From assembly GCF_009834535.1 (NCBI RefSeq), contig NC_045698.1:10232001-10296000 (forward strand): a DNA stretch of 64,000 nucleotides, in the 5' to 3' direction. Each line of letters begins with the position of its first letter. Position 1 is the first letter of the stretch. This stretch comes from Camelus ferus. Its lineage: Eukaryota. A model generated the notes under the pieces. It saw only the letters and a program-made list of their open reading frames with translations, had not been told where the DNA came from and did not search any database. The position numbers and the translations under genes are program-made. Shown here piece by piece: positions 23,575 through 37,237 of this stretch.

Positions 23575-24316
23575 TAGTGGCTTGTCAGAGACACTGGGAA
23601 GTCTTCCTTTCAGCTGCCAGACAAGCAGGTGACTGTCTCTGGGATTCTGGTTCACATCACGGTAACAGTGCTAATTGGTAGTCATTTCTTTTTCCTTAAA
23701 TATCTTCCTGGAACGGTGTAATTAGCATCCTTTTCCAGGGAGCACCTGTATTGACTCTTAAGAGAGATGTCATTGTTAAATTTTTACCCAATTCTTTTTA
23801 CTTTTACGATAAATTTTATTATTTGCATGTGCACTTTTTTTTTTTAATACTTCTTGCACTAAAGAGTGTAATCTTTTAGTGATTAGAATTGTTGGCAATA
23901 ATCTTTGGGCAAAGCGGAAGCCATCCAATGAGACCTGTAAGTCCCTTATTTCACCTAACGGGTCTTTAATTGAAGAGCAGTGTGGCCAGTTCGGTAGTTC
24001 AGTATAGCAGAGAGGCCAGGTTGAGAGTCAGAAGATTAGAGTTTTAATTAGCCTGCAGGGTTTGAATACCTCTCTTCACATACCTGCTCCTTAGTTCCTC
24101 ATCTGTCAAAGGAGCACATTAGATGAGATTTTCTTGTGGATCCTGTAAGTTCAGAACTGCTGACTTCCTAGAAGTCAAGAACCTTCTGGGCCCCAACACC
24201 TGAGAGGTTGTCAGAGGAAGGACGCGGCCCTTTCCTGGCCTGGTCCTGTTCCCAGGTCTGTGTCAGTCACTTCTCCTTCTGGAGTGATTCCAGGTTGTCT
24301 GTTTTCATTCCGGTAG

Positions 24317-24439
24317 ATGTTTGACTGGATCACACACAACAAGGGCCTGTTTCTGAACAGCTACACTGAGATTGGGACCAGCCATCCTCACGCGATGGAG
24401 CTTCAGACGCAGCACAACCACTTCGCCATGAACTGCATG
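24317..24439 (+). CDS. TRIO: TRIO coding exon ~6 (MFDWITHNKGLFLNSYTEIGTSHPHAMELQTQHNHFAMNCM), 123 nt
   Basis: Acceptor ccggtag|ATG TTT GAC; donor ATG|gtaaga. Read manually. Confidence 0.96.
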
Positions 24440-24497
24440 GTAAGATGCTGTCAGGGCAGAGGTGTCCCGTCTGGGAAGGTGCCTCAATAAGCAGGAG

Positions 24498-24857
24498 ATA
24501 TTTCGTATGAGATCACTTACATGTGGAATCTAAAAAAAAAGACAAACGAACTTATTTGTGAAACAGAAACAGACTCACAGACATAGAAAACAAACTTATG
24601 GTTGCCAGGAGGGGAAGGCGTGGGAAGGGATAAATTAGGGGTTCGAGATTTGCAGCTACTAACTAACATATATTAACTAGATAAACAACAAGTTCATACT
24701 GTATAGCACAGGAAACTATATTTAATATCTTGTACTAACTTATGGTGAAAAAGAATATGACAATGAATGTATGTTTATTCATGTATGACTGAAGCATTGT
24801 GCTGTACACCAGAGATTGACACAACATTGTAAACTGACTATACTTCAATAAAAAAAA

Positions 24858-24893
<36 letters not shown>
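24498..24893 (+). mobile_element. L1 3' UTR fragment with A/(TA)n tail, inserted 58 nt downstream of the exon 6 donor
   Basis: 'atcacttacatgtggaatct...acagactcacagacatagaaaacaaacttatggttgcc...cattgtaaactgactatacttcaataaa'. 12-bp TSD aataa(g/a)caggag at 24486-24497 and 24894-24905. Confidence 0.92.
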
Positions 24894-24897
<4 letters not shown>

Positions 24898-26109
24898 AAC
24901 AGGAGGTGCTTGTACAAGTCGTGCCTAACGCACTGTTAGGAGACCATGCAGGGCCTTCACAGTTACTGATTGATGGTAGCAGCTGACCTCCAAGCGTGGG
25001 AAGTTCTCTGTGTTAGCACTGTTTAAGGAGCTTGTTGTAAGTTTTAAATAAACAAAAACGAGAACCAGCAAACAAACAAACCAGTGAAACTTGAACCAAT
25101 TCCTCGGCCAGTTCAGCTTGCGTGGTTTTGATGCTGGCATCTGCATTGTACCTCTTTGAAGCCTGCTGGGGCTCCAGAAAAGCTTTTCGGAGGCCATGTG
25201 AGTCTTCTGATCCCGTCCACTGTCAGTTTGCTGGCTGCCCATCTCCATGAAGAAATCGGGTGGCCTGCTGCTCCCCTCAGGGGCCTCCTGTCCTCCTGAA
25301 ACGTGAGAGTGCCTCCCAAGTTGAACTGAAGGACGGGGGTCTGGACGTCAGCCTTGCCTGGGATCCTTTGGCCCTCTTTGATGCCCTTGGCCTGTTGTGA
25401 TTCGGTGGGGCTGGTGTTGTGAGACTGCAGGGCAAAACAAACCAAAAACCAACCAAACAGACAAAAACCCCCAAAACCAGCAAAGACTTTTCAGTAGCAC
25501 TCTTACTACATTTTGGAGGTACTGTAACTAAAATAAAACTACACGTTGTTCTATAGCATATATGGTTACTTCTGTAGACAGCTAAGCTTCTAGGAGTTTT
25601 CACTTTAGAGACCAAGTTTTGGTGTGGACTTGGAGCCAGATGTACGGGAGTTAGCCGCTCTCAGCCTCGTGACGCTTGTGAGGCAGCGTGATGGGGTCTT
25701 TGTTTAAATTCGTTCAGTAAGACGCCATTCAATTCAAGTTTAGTCCACAAGGTGTGCCACTTCAGGTAGTTTCAAAGGCAAGATTAGCAATTCAATTTTG
25801 TAACAGACATTATCTCAACAGTTTGGTATCTTTTCTCGAGTTTGAGATAAGAGAATTTTGGGTTGAAATGATTGAACGCAGGCACAGATGAGGATCTGGG
25901 GGAAGCATCTTAGAAGGATTTCTTCCTAAAAAATTCCTACCAGTGTTTCACAATATTTTGAAACGTCAGCTCATGGCGAAAGGCACATTCAGTCCAGTAT
26001 ATCCCATACTTTAAAAACTAGAAATATTAAAATAGGTTTTGAAAAAATGAGAAATGAACAGAAAGTCCTCCACCCTCCAGCATTATTAGTGACACATTTT
26101 GGAATTAGC

Positions 26110-26350
26110 AGAAGAGGCAGCTTGTGGGGAAGACAGGAGCATGGGTTGTGAACTTAGAGGTTTTTAATTCTGACTCTGCTGTTTGCCGTGTGACCTGGGC
26201 AGTCTACTTAATCTCTGAGCCTCGGTTTCCTCATCTCTTAAGTGGGAAAAATCTCTACCTTATACAGTGTTATGTTATGTTATTTACTTTTATGTTATCC
26301 ACTATGCAGAGTGCTGAATCCACAGTAAGTACTTGATAATGGGAGTTACC
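26110..26350 (+). mobile_element. MIR SINE
   Basis: Core 'tgtgacctgggcagtctacttaatctctgagcctcggtttcctcatct' and 3' 'cacagtaagtacttgataat'. Confidence 0.7.
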
Positions 26351-28552
26351 ATCAGTGATGTTATCAAATCTAATTAAAAATACTGTTCATATTTTTAGTG
26401 TATTATAGTAAGTATGAAACTTAAAAGTATGGGTGATATCTTTTTTTTTTTTTTTAGGTTTAAGTACATTTCCTCATTGTCTACAATACACTTCTATTAA
26501 TCCTCCAAGTAAAAGTATTAGTTAAAAAATGATGTGATAGCCGTGGGCCCTGGGCGGATGACAGCAGTTGGGAGAGCTTTCCAGACCTACCAGCCCCTGG
26601 TTCTCAGCACCTCCTGTTTTGCAGAACTGGGGCCTGTTAACGTTCAGTCCTTTCTTGTGTTATCTATAGTGTTTCAAACATTTTTTTTTTTGACAAAGAA
26701 AATGAAAATTCTAGACGTCAGTGTGCAGAGCTGACAGTCTTTAAAGGAAGCGTATTAAGGGGTAGTAACAATTGTGCTCCTTCTCCCGTCACAGGTATTT
26801 TTGAAGGCGATGATGATAGATCTAGGTGTGGGTACCTATAACGTGGGGGGTGATATGTCGCCATGTTTGTATGCACGTTTGTTTCGGGCATGGGCCACCA
26901 CACTTCTGTGTCCTGCTGTGCCTGACAGAGGTCTGGGTGAGGCACAGTTCATAGACCAGCATGTCCCATGTGGATATAGAAGCACTGCAGGACCTTGTAA
27001 CAGCATCTGGGTGGGAAGGAGTCCCCTCCGTGGGTCCCCCGATAGTGCTGTCCAAGTGGGCAGCTCTTCTCCGGATCCAGAGAGCATCTGCCTCTGCTCT
27101 TCCAAACACACCTTGTGGGTTGATTTTCCCCTTTAAGGATACGGAGAATGCCAAGTTCAGTGAGTCTGGTCACCTGTCTCTAGAGAGAACGCATGTCTGA
27201 AGGGGAGGATTGCTCTTGACTTAAAGGACACTACCTAGCGCATTAATGCCACACAAGACAGCGAGGCCAGCTTCCCACGGATCGTGGCCTTAACTGACGG
27301 TCACCGCCTCACCAAGTGCCCTCTCTCCCTGCCTCGGTAGACACCCGGGCATTTGTCAGCTGATTTGAGCCTGCTGCCCAGAAAGGCACCTCAGAGGCTG
27401 GCGTCTGTGGCTCTCTAATCCCTGATAAAGCGACTCCACCTGGTTTAGAAATGGAGAAAAAGAATGAGTAAATGAAGCTACAGAGAAAGAAGGGACAAGG
27501 ACATTCTTTAGGACGCTGACTCGGGTGGGCTGCAGACTAGGTGACAGTCACAAGGCTCTTGCAGGGGTCCAGGTGCGAGGCAGTGGGAGACTTGCCCAGT
27601 GGACTGCGGTGGGAAGGGAGAAGGGGGAGGGGAAATGGAGAGGAGTTTGGGCAGGTTGGGTAATTAGATCTGACTTAGGGGCAAGACTGGAAGGAGCTAA
27701 AGATAAGTCTGAGATTTGGGGAGACCCATTGCGAGGTGCATTGTTGCAATGCCTCACAGAAATAATAGCTGATGAATGCATGAAGAGCACCATCCTGGGA
27801 TTTGTTGAAAGTGTGCGTTCCCCACCCCATCCCTTGTGTTATGTGACCTTAAAGAAGAATGCAGGCGCGAAGGGAAATACCATAGTGAGAACTTTCGCAA
27901 GAAAAGTGCTCTTTTTTTTTTTTTTAAAGCCTTGCACCTTTATGTTTGCAGTACACTAGTGGACTTGAAGATAGAGATTTCAGCAGAGGAGAAGAGCTTG
28001 ATTGAAAGTTTGAACACAGCATTGTTCTGTTCCTACCCCAATTCATATCCCTTGGTGAAAGTGAATCTATTTATAGAAGATTTTCTGTTGGCACCAGGAA
28101 GATGACTTGGGTTTATGCAGAAAGGAGAGCTTGTTTTCACACAAAATAGCCTTTGGTTGCTAAGTACAGAGTTTGTAGTTTCTGGGTTCTAGTTACAAAC
28201 TGCAGTGACGGGTTCCCGTGGTTCTGGGTGACCACCTGCCATCTGGACTCTTTTCAGGATTTGAGACCAGAAAGTGAGTCTTGGTGCATTTGTGTGCACC
28301 CACTTCTGTGTGTGATTGGCTTTGTGCCTAACAACGTCGCTCTCAGCTAGTTGATTTGTAAGTTTGCAGTTTTGAAAATAGAAACTGAAGGCAGAACTTC
28401 AGAGTGTATGGAAGTCCAGATAGCAGACACATGTCCTGTTCTCCACCAGATGATTCTGCTGCTAAAATGGGAGTGTTAAGTCCATATTCCTTGGGAAGAT
28501 GCCCCTTGCGTGCCTTCCCCGGACGAGCCCTCTTTCTCTGCCCCTTTCACAG

Positions 28553-28744
28553 AACGTGTACGTCAACATAAACCGCATCATGTCGGTGGCCAACCGCTTG
28601 GTGGAGTCGGGCCACTACGCCTCCCAGCAGATCAAGCAGATCGCAAATCAGCTGGAGCAGGAGTGGAAGGCTTTTGCCGCTGCCCTGGACGAGCGCAGCA
28701 CCCTGCTGGACATGTCCTCCGTCTTCCACCAGAAGGCCGAGAAG
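28553..28744 (+). CDS. TRIO: TRIO coding exon ~7 (NVYVNINRIMSVANRLVESGHYAS...FHQKAEK), 192 nt, spectrin repeat
   Basis: Acceptor tttcacag|AAC GTG; donor AAG|gtcagt. Lies within ORF 28499..28945. Confidence 0.97.
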
Positions 28745-28824
28745 GTCAGTGCTCAGCACCCCTGCCCCAGACCCCTCCTCCCCAAGCACCCTCCATCCAC
28801 GCCCCTGATCCTCCAGGGCCCTCG

Positions 28825-29040
28825 GAGCTCTGAGTCAGCCAGCTGTGCTTCAGCCCCAGCTCCCTCACCCCTGCTGTGCAACCTTATTCACATTCTTCTT
28901 TCATCCCTCTGTGCCTCTCTTGTGTCATTTGTAAAGTGGAAATAAAATTATCTACTCGAGGGGCAGTTTTATGGTATAAATGAGTTACTTTGCATTAGGT
29001 GCCCTGCATGGTGGCTGGTACACAGTGAGCACTGATAATC
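28825..29040 (+). mobile_element. MIR SINE, degraded
   Basis: 'ctctgtgcctc...catttgtaaagtggaaataa...aaatgagtta...gctggtacacagtgagcactgataat'. Confidence 0.6.
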
Positions 29041-29114
29041 CGTACCTGGTGCTGTTCTGTCCGCTTTCTCCCTCCTCCCGATCTGCTTCTTCCTTGGGGT
29101 CGTCACTCGAGAGT

Positions 29115-29565
29115 CCCAGTTAGGACACTTGGGCAGCAAGTAACAGAATGCCTAGAGGTCAGGCTTAAACCTCAGGGGTTTTCTTTTCTCACACAACAGG
29201 AAGTTGCAAAGCACAGGGAGTTGTAGCCTCGTGGTGACGTCAGGGCTGGGTCTGCTCTTGGCCTGGCAGTCCTGGTTGTGCGCCGCCGCTCCCAGCACCA
29301 GCCCCTCAACCACTGTGTCCAATGCATGCAGGGGTGATGGTGTCTGTTCCTGTCACTTTCATCGGGGTAGAAGGTCCCTGCAGCCCAGCATGCTTCCCCT
29401 CAGTTCCCTGGGCCAGGAGGGGGGTGCACGCCTGCACCCTGGCTGCAGGAGAGGGTGGAAGAGGACGGGTTTAGCTTTCCAGCCTCCCCTGCAGAGGCAG
29501 ACTCTGCCAGCAAGGGCCGGGGTAGAAGAGTGGTTTTTGGGTAGACAGACAGTTTACAGTGTCTT
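29115..29565 (-). mobile_element. MLT1-type (ERVL-MaLR) solo LTR, degraded
   Basis: 'gcaagtaacagaa...ggcttaaac...tttctcacacaacaggaagt' at the start and 'ctggctgcaggagagggtggaa' near the end resemble MLT1K/L. Confidence 0.55.
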
Positions 29566-31727
29566 TCATGATTATGAAGTTCGTTGCATGGATTTGGGCT
29601 TCACATGGGTTTCATCCGCTGGTGTGCTGGACATGTTACCATATTTCAGAGGTAGTGTGTGATGTGTGCCCCCGGCAGTCCCCACACTCCCACAGATAAG
29701 CAACTTGCTGAAATGAACACGCTTGGAAAACAGCAGAAGGAAAGTGAATTGTTTGTGACCCAGACGCTAGTGGTAGAAGGTGCGCTGGACAGTGAAACAC
29801 CTTTTCGAGACGTGAAGAAAGATAGAGCACAGGAACTTTCAGCAACTAGAAAGACAGGAGGAAGAGACACATGATTGCCTTCACTAGAAGGAAAGATGCT
29901 AATATGGCTTCCTCAGGGATAATTTATTGGGGGAAAAAAACCCTGTTCATAGGGGTTTGCAATGATGCTTCTCAGAAGGGAATAGTAACCCTTTAGTCTA
30001 GAAATAGTCTCCACTGGGGAGTGAAGACACAGGAGGGTCGAGGCCCCAGCTTGCCTGGGATCTTGGCAAGGCTGCTGGAATGTTGCACAAGACACTAATT
30101 AGTAGTGATCTCAGCTCTAGAAACCTTTACAGTGTGAAGCAAGAGCGGAAACGGAGTGGGATGGAGAGAGGGGAGATCTTAATAGCCTCATGTGAAGGCT
30201 GCGAGTGGGAACTCCCGGGTTTCAGTGGTAAGATTTTTCTATTTACTAACCTTGTGCCTGTAACTAGTTTTGTAATAAAAGAGAAACAAAAGCCCCCACA
30301 CAAAACAGTCTGTTTTAAAGTGGCAGGATCCCCCTTCAGCATAAAACAGCACTGTCGACATTCACCTCTGGTCCCTGTCATTGTCAAGGTCATGATGTAT
30401 TCACTGGACATTGTTGTGAGTGGGAGATGAGCTGTGTGGTCCTTGCTCATCTGCCATCTGGATTGTAACATAGTAGGGGGTACCGCAACCCCCTGGGCGT
30501 GGGCATGGACGTGTGTACGTTGGAAACGGGCCCTCAGAAGGGTCCCTTAGGATGATGTAAATAAATTTGAAGTAGGACAAGCTGCTTGGAGGAATGGCAA
30601 GTCATCTGAAGCATAATAACACATAGAGAAAGTCTCTTTCATAGACATGGCAGGCTTCAGAATTGCAAATAAACCCAGAAGATTACTTGCTGCTCTGACC
30701 TGCCTGAAAATGATATAGAAATCTGGGTGCCATGAGGCACCCCCCCACCAGTGTTTTATTATCAAAAATTTAAAACACACACCAAAGTCAAAAGAGCCTG
30801 GGTGTTTTTATTTGGATAAGATTGAATGGCTGTAAGTTACGGGTTTGAAGGAAATGAAGCTAGATGAATGCATGCTGAACGTGGCGTCCCGCGTGAGCTC
30901 TGGCCGAGCTTGTGGTCTCCATGCGTATCAGTGGCCAGAGAAGAAGCCAGGTATGTGTGACCTCAGAGACAGGGTGGGCTAGTGAGAAAGGCTGGCATCT
31001 CTGACGGACGCTGATGGGACAGACAGTGCGGCCTGCACCAGGCAACTGAAATGTGCAGGTGGGACCTCTGGGCAGCTCCTGGAAGTATTTACCCTCAGGT
31101 TCAAGTGTAGTGTGTATCTTCCCCTTGACTGAAATTCGGATCCATGGAAGGAGATCACACCTGCTGAGTAGTTTTCCTCTTCCCAAGAGAGGGATCCAGG
31201 AAGAGGTCAGCTTTGTCTCCTCTGTTTAAATACTTTGCCTTCTAGTTACGCTGAAGCTGTTTTCATAAACTCAGTTGGGAAAGGCCCAGAACTTGGACCT
31301 CATCAGTTAGGTTTCCATCATAGCCACCCTTTGAACTTCATCCAGAGTGCCATGAAGAATTTAAATCTGATTAGGGGACGTAGGGGTCAGCTGTGGGACT
31401 GTGTGGTTAATGGTCTTACTAAAGGAAGCAGCCGTCCTGGAAGGGTGACAGCTCTCCGCTTTGTAGGTGAGCGTGCTGAGCGCCCGCCCGCCCCCCTGGC
31501 TCTGCGGGTGTTCTCGTGTTGGTGTCTGCATGTGGTTTTATAAATACACACCTTAAGGTTAAAACTGGATGAGGATGACACATCCAGCGACGTCTTGGCC
31601 ATCCCTTTACTCTCACACTGTCATCGCCGGTGAGGTGTGTGCTGGGTCAGAGCATCAGTCTGCTGATCTGGGAGCACGGCCACAGAGCTGGTGGTTTTAC
31701 CCGGAGGTGGTGTTTAGGGGTCCAGCC

Positions 31728-31758
<31 letters not shown>

Positions 31759-31907
31759 GGTCATGTGTTATATCTCTTTATATTAAGAAGCTTCCATTGC
31801 AAATGTTATTCGAATTACCTTTTTATAAATCCAAGAATTAAAGTGACTTGATTTTACCACACCTTAAAATCTCCAATTTTTACTATTTAAAAAAAAAATT
31901 ATTAGAG

Positions 31908-32136
31908 CTGCGCTGTCCAGTATAGTAGCCGGTCACCATGTGTGGCTATTGAAGGTACTTTAAAGTTCAATAAAATTTGTTAATAAAATAATTTAAAAAT
32001 TGAATTCAATTAAACTGCACTTCCTTAGTCACAGTACCCACATTTCAGATAGTCGGTCGCAGCATGTGGCTGGTGGCCGTAGTCCTGGGCAGGACAGCTG
32101 CGCGTTTCATAACTGCAGAAGGTTCTGTTAGCGCTG
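31908..32136 (-). mobile_element. MER3-like hAT-Charlie MITE
   Basis: 'ctgcgctgtccagtatagtagcc...catgtgtggctatt', an AT-rich core, a second 'catgtggctggtggcc' arm, and the end 'gcagaaggttctgtt...gcgctg'. Confidence 0.7.
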
Positions 32137-35100
32137 GTACAGGTTTACCTTCAGCGTGAACCATAGATCTGATCACCTCATTCTATCCATGGCTTTAAGG
32201 GTCTGTAATCTGATAATAGCCAAAAACAAGACAGCAGGCAGGATTTGTGTTCTTTACAAGTGACAGAGCTCCGTAATACACAGTCTCGTCTCATCCTTAA
32301 ACCACCCAGTGAAGTAGATGGGGCTGGTGCTGTTACCGACATTGTGTTCTCTTTGGGAGGCGATTCGCCCCAGCTGGGACTTTCATTGAGGTCTAGGAAA
32401 GTCTTTTGTTCCTGACATAATTGTACACTATTTCACAAACAGAGCATTTATATGAATTTTCTTCTAAAATTTCACTTTCCATACAAAATACTGGAAGTTA
32501 ACATTTACTGTAAATGCATAATAGTATCATCTGGATAATTTTATCCTAAGTCTGGGTTAAAATTTAGAGGAAAATAGCACGAATACTGCTGCAGTATTCC
32601 CTTTTGCACTTCTAAGGCAAAGACTACACTTGTAATTGTTCCTGTTGTAATGTCGTTTCACATTATTACAAGTAAAGGTCTAATTCTTGGCTTATAGTAG
32701 AACAAAAACAAGATTCTCATAAAACAGGAAGGAATTGGAATACACATATGCACGTATGAAAGAAGAAATTATTAATGAAAACAGATGTAAGATACTTAGA
32801 GTGATCACTGCATATTTTGGTTCAGGTTGAACCTGTCTTCTCCAGGTTACTCTGCTGGAGTGGTCAGACCTGGATTCACAAGTGAAAAAGGCTTCACCCC
32901 TCCTGTAATTTTGCTGAGCAGAGAAGGGAGCTCTTCTCTTGTAAAGGAACGAGGAGAAGAGAGTGTGCTTATTAATATTCAGGGAGTAGAAATGATGAAA
33001 TAAAAAGAAAAAATAGCATTGTTATTTCTTAGAAATGAAAGCAGAAGATGAGGAAATAAGAAATAAGAAAGGAAACTCTAAAGTTTGAATTCATATATAA
33101 TATATGTATGTAATTCAACCAGTCTTAATTTTTCCAAAGAGGAGAAAAATCCCACTAATAAGTGTTTTAAACATTTACATTCTAGGAAGATTCGGTCCCT
33201 TTGTCTCCGAAATCAGACTAACCATCTGCGCTCAGCGGATGCTCCGTTGGGAGCTCCTGGTGGGTGTGAAACTCACTAGCTTGGAGGGTCCCAGCAGAGC
33301 GAGCCCGGGTGGCACCCCCACTCTCAGCACATGGAGAGTAGTGGAATAAATGCTTCTGAAAATAAGTCTGCTAATTAGTTATCCAGGCTGTCTTTTTAAA
33401 GCTTGTGTGTTAATCGCTCGCCCTGTCTTCTTGCCTCACTTTTGCAAACCGGTTGGCCCAGGCTCCTTTCCTCTTAGATTGAGCAGCACCCGAGTGACCA
33501 TTCCGCTGTGAGCAGAATCCCCAGGTCTGAAGCCGGCTCCTAATCTGAATTGATGGGGAAGCCTCAGATTCCCTTGCACTCTTCTGCCTCTGCCCCCATT
33601 CTGGCCAGATGCTGTGTGTTCATGTATTTTGGTCTACATTTGAGCATGTAAAGCATCGGAGACTAAACCGGTGCCCTGGCCCGACGAGAGTTCAGCAGCC
33701 ACCTCTGTCATCGTCCTCCCCAATGTGTCATGCTCTGTGCTCGACGTGTCCCCTGATGCTGCTACCCTAGCCTGTATTTGTCAAGATGGTGAGAGGTGTC
33801 TGTGTGGAGGGGGAGTGTAGCAGAGTGGCCGGACAGGTTTTTCAGCAGATACACCAGCTCCCCCCCACTGCATTCACAGTGCACACTATCATATTAAGAG
33901 GCTCTGGGAGATTCTGTTCTATACGTCCCTGTTGAGCTTTGACACCAAACTTGACCCCAGGATTCTTTTCCTTTGCAGAATGCCTGCTAACATCTTCTGT
34001 CTCCGCTCTCTGAATGGGGATTGCTGCCCTGGTGGCCTTGGCTTCAGATCCTCTGGGTGTTCAGCCTTTCAGGAAGCATTCAGGGCCCGGAGCTTGCCCT
34101 TTGGAGCAAGGATTGCCATCTCATAAATGAAAGACAAAAATTATGCTTGTGCCAAAGTCCCTGTAAAACCATGGCCAGGTTTATTTCTGTCCTTGGGATG
34201 CTTTAGCCCCGTGAGTTTACATGTGCAGAATCCTTTTTCCCACAAGATTTCCATTTTATAAGCCACCCTGCCCTGTGTTTTTAAAACCTACCTACATTTT
34301 TGCAGGTAAATATAATCACGACCTCTCAGGATACTTTGAGAAGTTATAAATAGGTTACTTTTACTACAGATATTCATAAAACTGCTTGATTGTTTCTTTA
34401 CTGATTGCTTCAAGAATTGGGGTTGAATATATTGAGCAGTCATTTTGATGCAGTAATACATTAGTCTGACACATCTGCTTGTTGTGAAGTATTATACAAC
34501 TAAAACCTCTTTTCATCGTGTTATTTCAGAAGCATTTTAACCTCTTCTTAACAGGTCGCAACTCTGTTTTGGGCGTTTTGCAGTGGCCAGTGAGCAGGAG
34601 ATATTAATTGCTGGCTTGACCTGATTGATGATTTATTAATGATGGTGGTTAACCTCAGTCAATTCATGTTTGAAAAAGGTTTACAATAATTTAATAATCG
34701 GTGTTAAAGGCAATAATGGAAGAAGATAGAGTGAAACAGAGATCCAGAATACTTATAATCATCAACTTGACCTAACTGACATTTATTTATAGAACAACAC
34801 CCAAGAAAGACTTAAAAATATGCTTAAGTAGTCATACATGATACATGCGGAGGGGGAGAGGTATAATTTTATTGGTACTTCCATTGCCTTGTTAGGGAGG
34901 CATGGTGGGGGGGAGGGTAACGAGGACACCGCTGTGCCTGCATCCGTTTAGTCCTGTTTGAAGTCATAAGAAACCACATGCTATCAGATGACACTCAATG
35001 CCGTGTGAATTGATTACGAGCCCTAAGATTTGTATAGAGATATTCTCTGAGCCAATACATTCATGATAAAGGGATTTTTACAGACAGTTATTACTCGGGT

Positions 35101-35831
35101 GACTGGTCTATCCTAGAGTGTCAAGAGAATCATAGCACATTTCTTCTCTGGCAGGTCAGTTACTCCATTTAAATAGTCACCCTCTGCATTCGGTGATAAG
35201 TAGAAAGACGGGGAAGACCTAGAGTAAGAGAGTGAAACCCAGGGAAGTGTGTCCATGTCTGTTTGACTTAACTGAGTTAACGTCTTTCACTGGGCCTTCT
35301 GCTTGCCTTGGACACTTACCTGTGATGGGTGCTCATAGGGTCTCCCTGGGAAATTTGGCAGTGATTTCTCAGCTATTAATGAATCCTGGGATGTGGGGGT
35401 GGCAGCGGAGAAAATTGAGGAGTGATTAGAACGGTGGCAGTGGCCCAGGACCACAGCCTGCAGCCCATACTCTTCTCATTTACAGGCAAAGTGAGACGAC
35501 CCCAGTGACTCCCTGCCGCCCTCAGCCTCTGCGTCCTTCCAGTGGGCACAGCCGAGGGAGTTAGGCCCCCTTCACTCGGTCTCTTTTAATTCCTTTGTGC
35601 ATTTGCTTTTGAAAAGGTAGAAAAATGGACCCCCTGCTCTTCCTGATGATAGGTAGATGATTTCAGGTGTCTGGACCCCCGCCGCCCCCCCCCCCCTTAC
35701 CATTTTAATGTAAGAGGGAAGCAGGAGGGCCCCTTGCTGTGCAGCTGAGGATGAAGGCAGGTGGACATGCAGATTCAAAGGTGGGATGGGAGGATTAACC
35801 AGGATGCCCCACACAGCTAGCGAGGGGCAGA

Positions 35832-35975
35832 GGTGCTCCCAGGTGTGATGCAGGGTCCCCTGAGGCTGGCGTTTCAAATGCAGATTCCTGGGCCCAGCCC
35901 CCACCCTGCCAGAACCTCAGCTGGGGGTGAGGATGGGGCTCAGGGTCCAGGAATCTGGTCTGAGGACTCACATTA
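35832..35975. mobile_element. MER5A-like hAT-Charlie fragment
   Basis: 'aaatgcagattcctgggcccagcccc...ggtccaggaatctg' internal inverted motif typical of MER5. Confidence 0.55.
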
Positions 35976-36119
35976 ATGCCATTTGAGGTGGAGACTCAAC
36001 CATGCTCTGCTGTTTGACACTCTCTCAACCACCCTTATTTCAACACCACGTTAAAAAATAGCCACTTATCAATGTCAATTACTGTTGATAGACATGATTT
36101 TTTTTTTTCACCTTCCAAG

Positions 36120-36251
36120 TATATGAGCAACGTGGACTCATGGTGCAAAGCGTGCGGCGAGGTGGACCTTCCCTCCGAGCTGCAGGATCTGGAGGACGCC
36201 ATCCATCACCACCAGGGCATCTACGAGCACATCACCCTGGCTTACTCCGAG
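36120..36251 (+). CDS. TRIO: TRIO coding exon ~8 (YMSNVDSWCKACGEVDLPSELQDLEDAIHHHQGIYEHITLAYSE), 132 nt
   Basis: Acceptor ccttccaag|TAT ATG; donor GAG|gtgcgt. Lies within ORF 36072..36275. Confidence 0.96.
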
Positions 36252-36769
36252 GTGCGTGGTCAGTTCTTCCAGTAGAAAGCAGCACTGTTTTTGTGTCGTA
36301 GCACCGAAAGCTGCAAAAAATTAAAAAACTAGAAAAGAACTTACAGGTTTCGAGTTAAAACTGCATTTTCCTGGTAACTTTTGAACTCGAGTGGGAGGGG
36401 AACGGGGGGAAGGATAGTAGGTGAAACGGGGTGGAGGCAGAAAGCAAACTTGTGACATTTGTGGATTTTCTTTAGAGTGCTTAGATTTCTATCTGTTAAA
36501 ATGAATGAAATTTTAATCTTACCTACTTGTATTTAGGAAATACGTGTATTGTATGTTATTCAGTCCAGTCAAACCCAGTTTAATCTTCTTGAATGAAACC
36601 TCCTAGAAAAAAGGGAACCCGATGCAGCCTGTGTTCTGGGTAGCGAGGCACACACACACTGTTTCTTCAAGTGTGTTAAGCTGCTCGTGGTTTTAGGAAT
36701 CTAAGTGGGGTGTTTTATTATTTTAGGGTAAATTAATTATTTAACGTATCCCTGCTTTATTTTCTGCCA

Positions 36770-36960
36770 CCTTCTGTGCCAGGCTTTGTTGTAAGGATGG
36801 TATGTAATCACTTACTAAATGCCCCCAACGCTGACCCCTCTTACTGACCCCACTGTTATGAACGAGGTACCTCGGCACGGCAGTGACGTGACTTGGGCCA
36901 GGTCAGCAGCTGTAGGAGGTGGAGTGGGGATGGCAACCCAGGCAGGCTGCCTGTGTGCCT
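36770..36960 (-). mobile_element. MIR SINE, degraded
   Basis: 'ctgtgccaggc...gtgacttgggccaggtcagcagctg...aacccaggcag'. Confidence 0.5.
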
Positions 36961-37237
36961 TATCACCTGCTAGATGCAGTGGTGACAAATACACATAGGT
37001 CCAGGCGTGACACTCTTGTCCACGTCATGGTCACCTGGCCCTTCAGACCAGTCTGCCTTGACGATGCTGGTTAAGTTCCTGGAGGTGAGTGTGGGTGGGT
37101 CGGAATTCTGTGCCTACATGCTTTCTGCATCTATAGTACTGTAGGCTGATATGAAAGATTACTGTCAGGCCTTGGTAAGAAAGTGTTTCAAACCACCTGG
37201 AAGAGGCCTGGGCACAGAGTAGGTAGGTGTTACTGTG

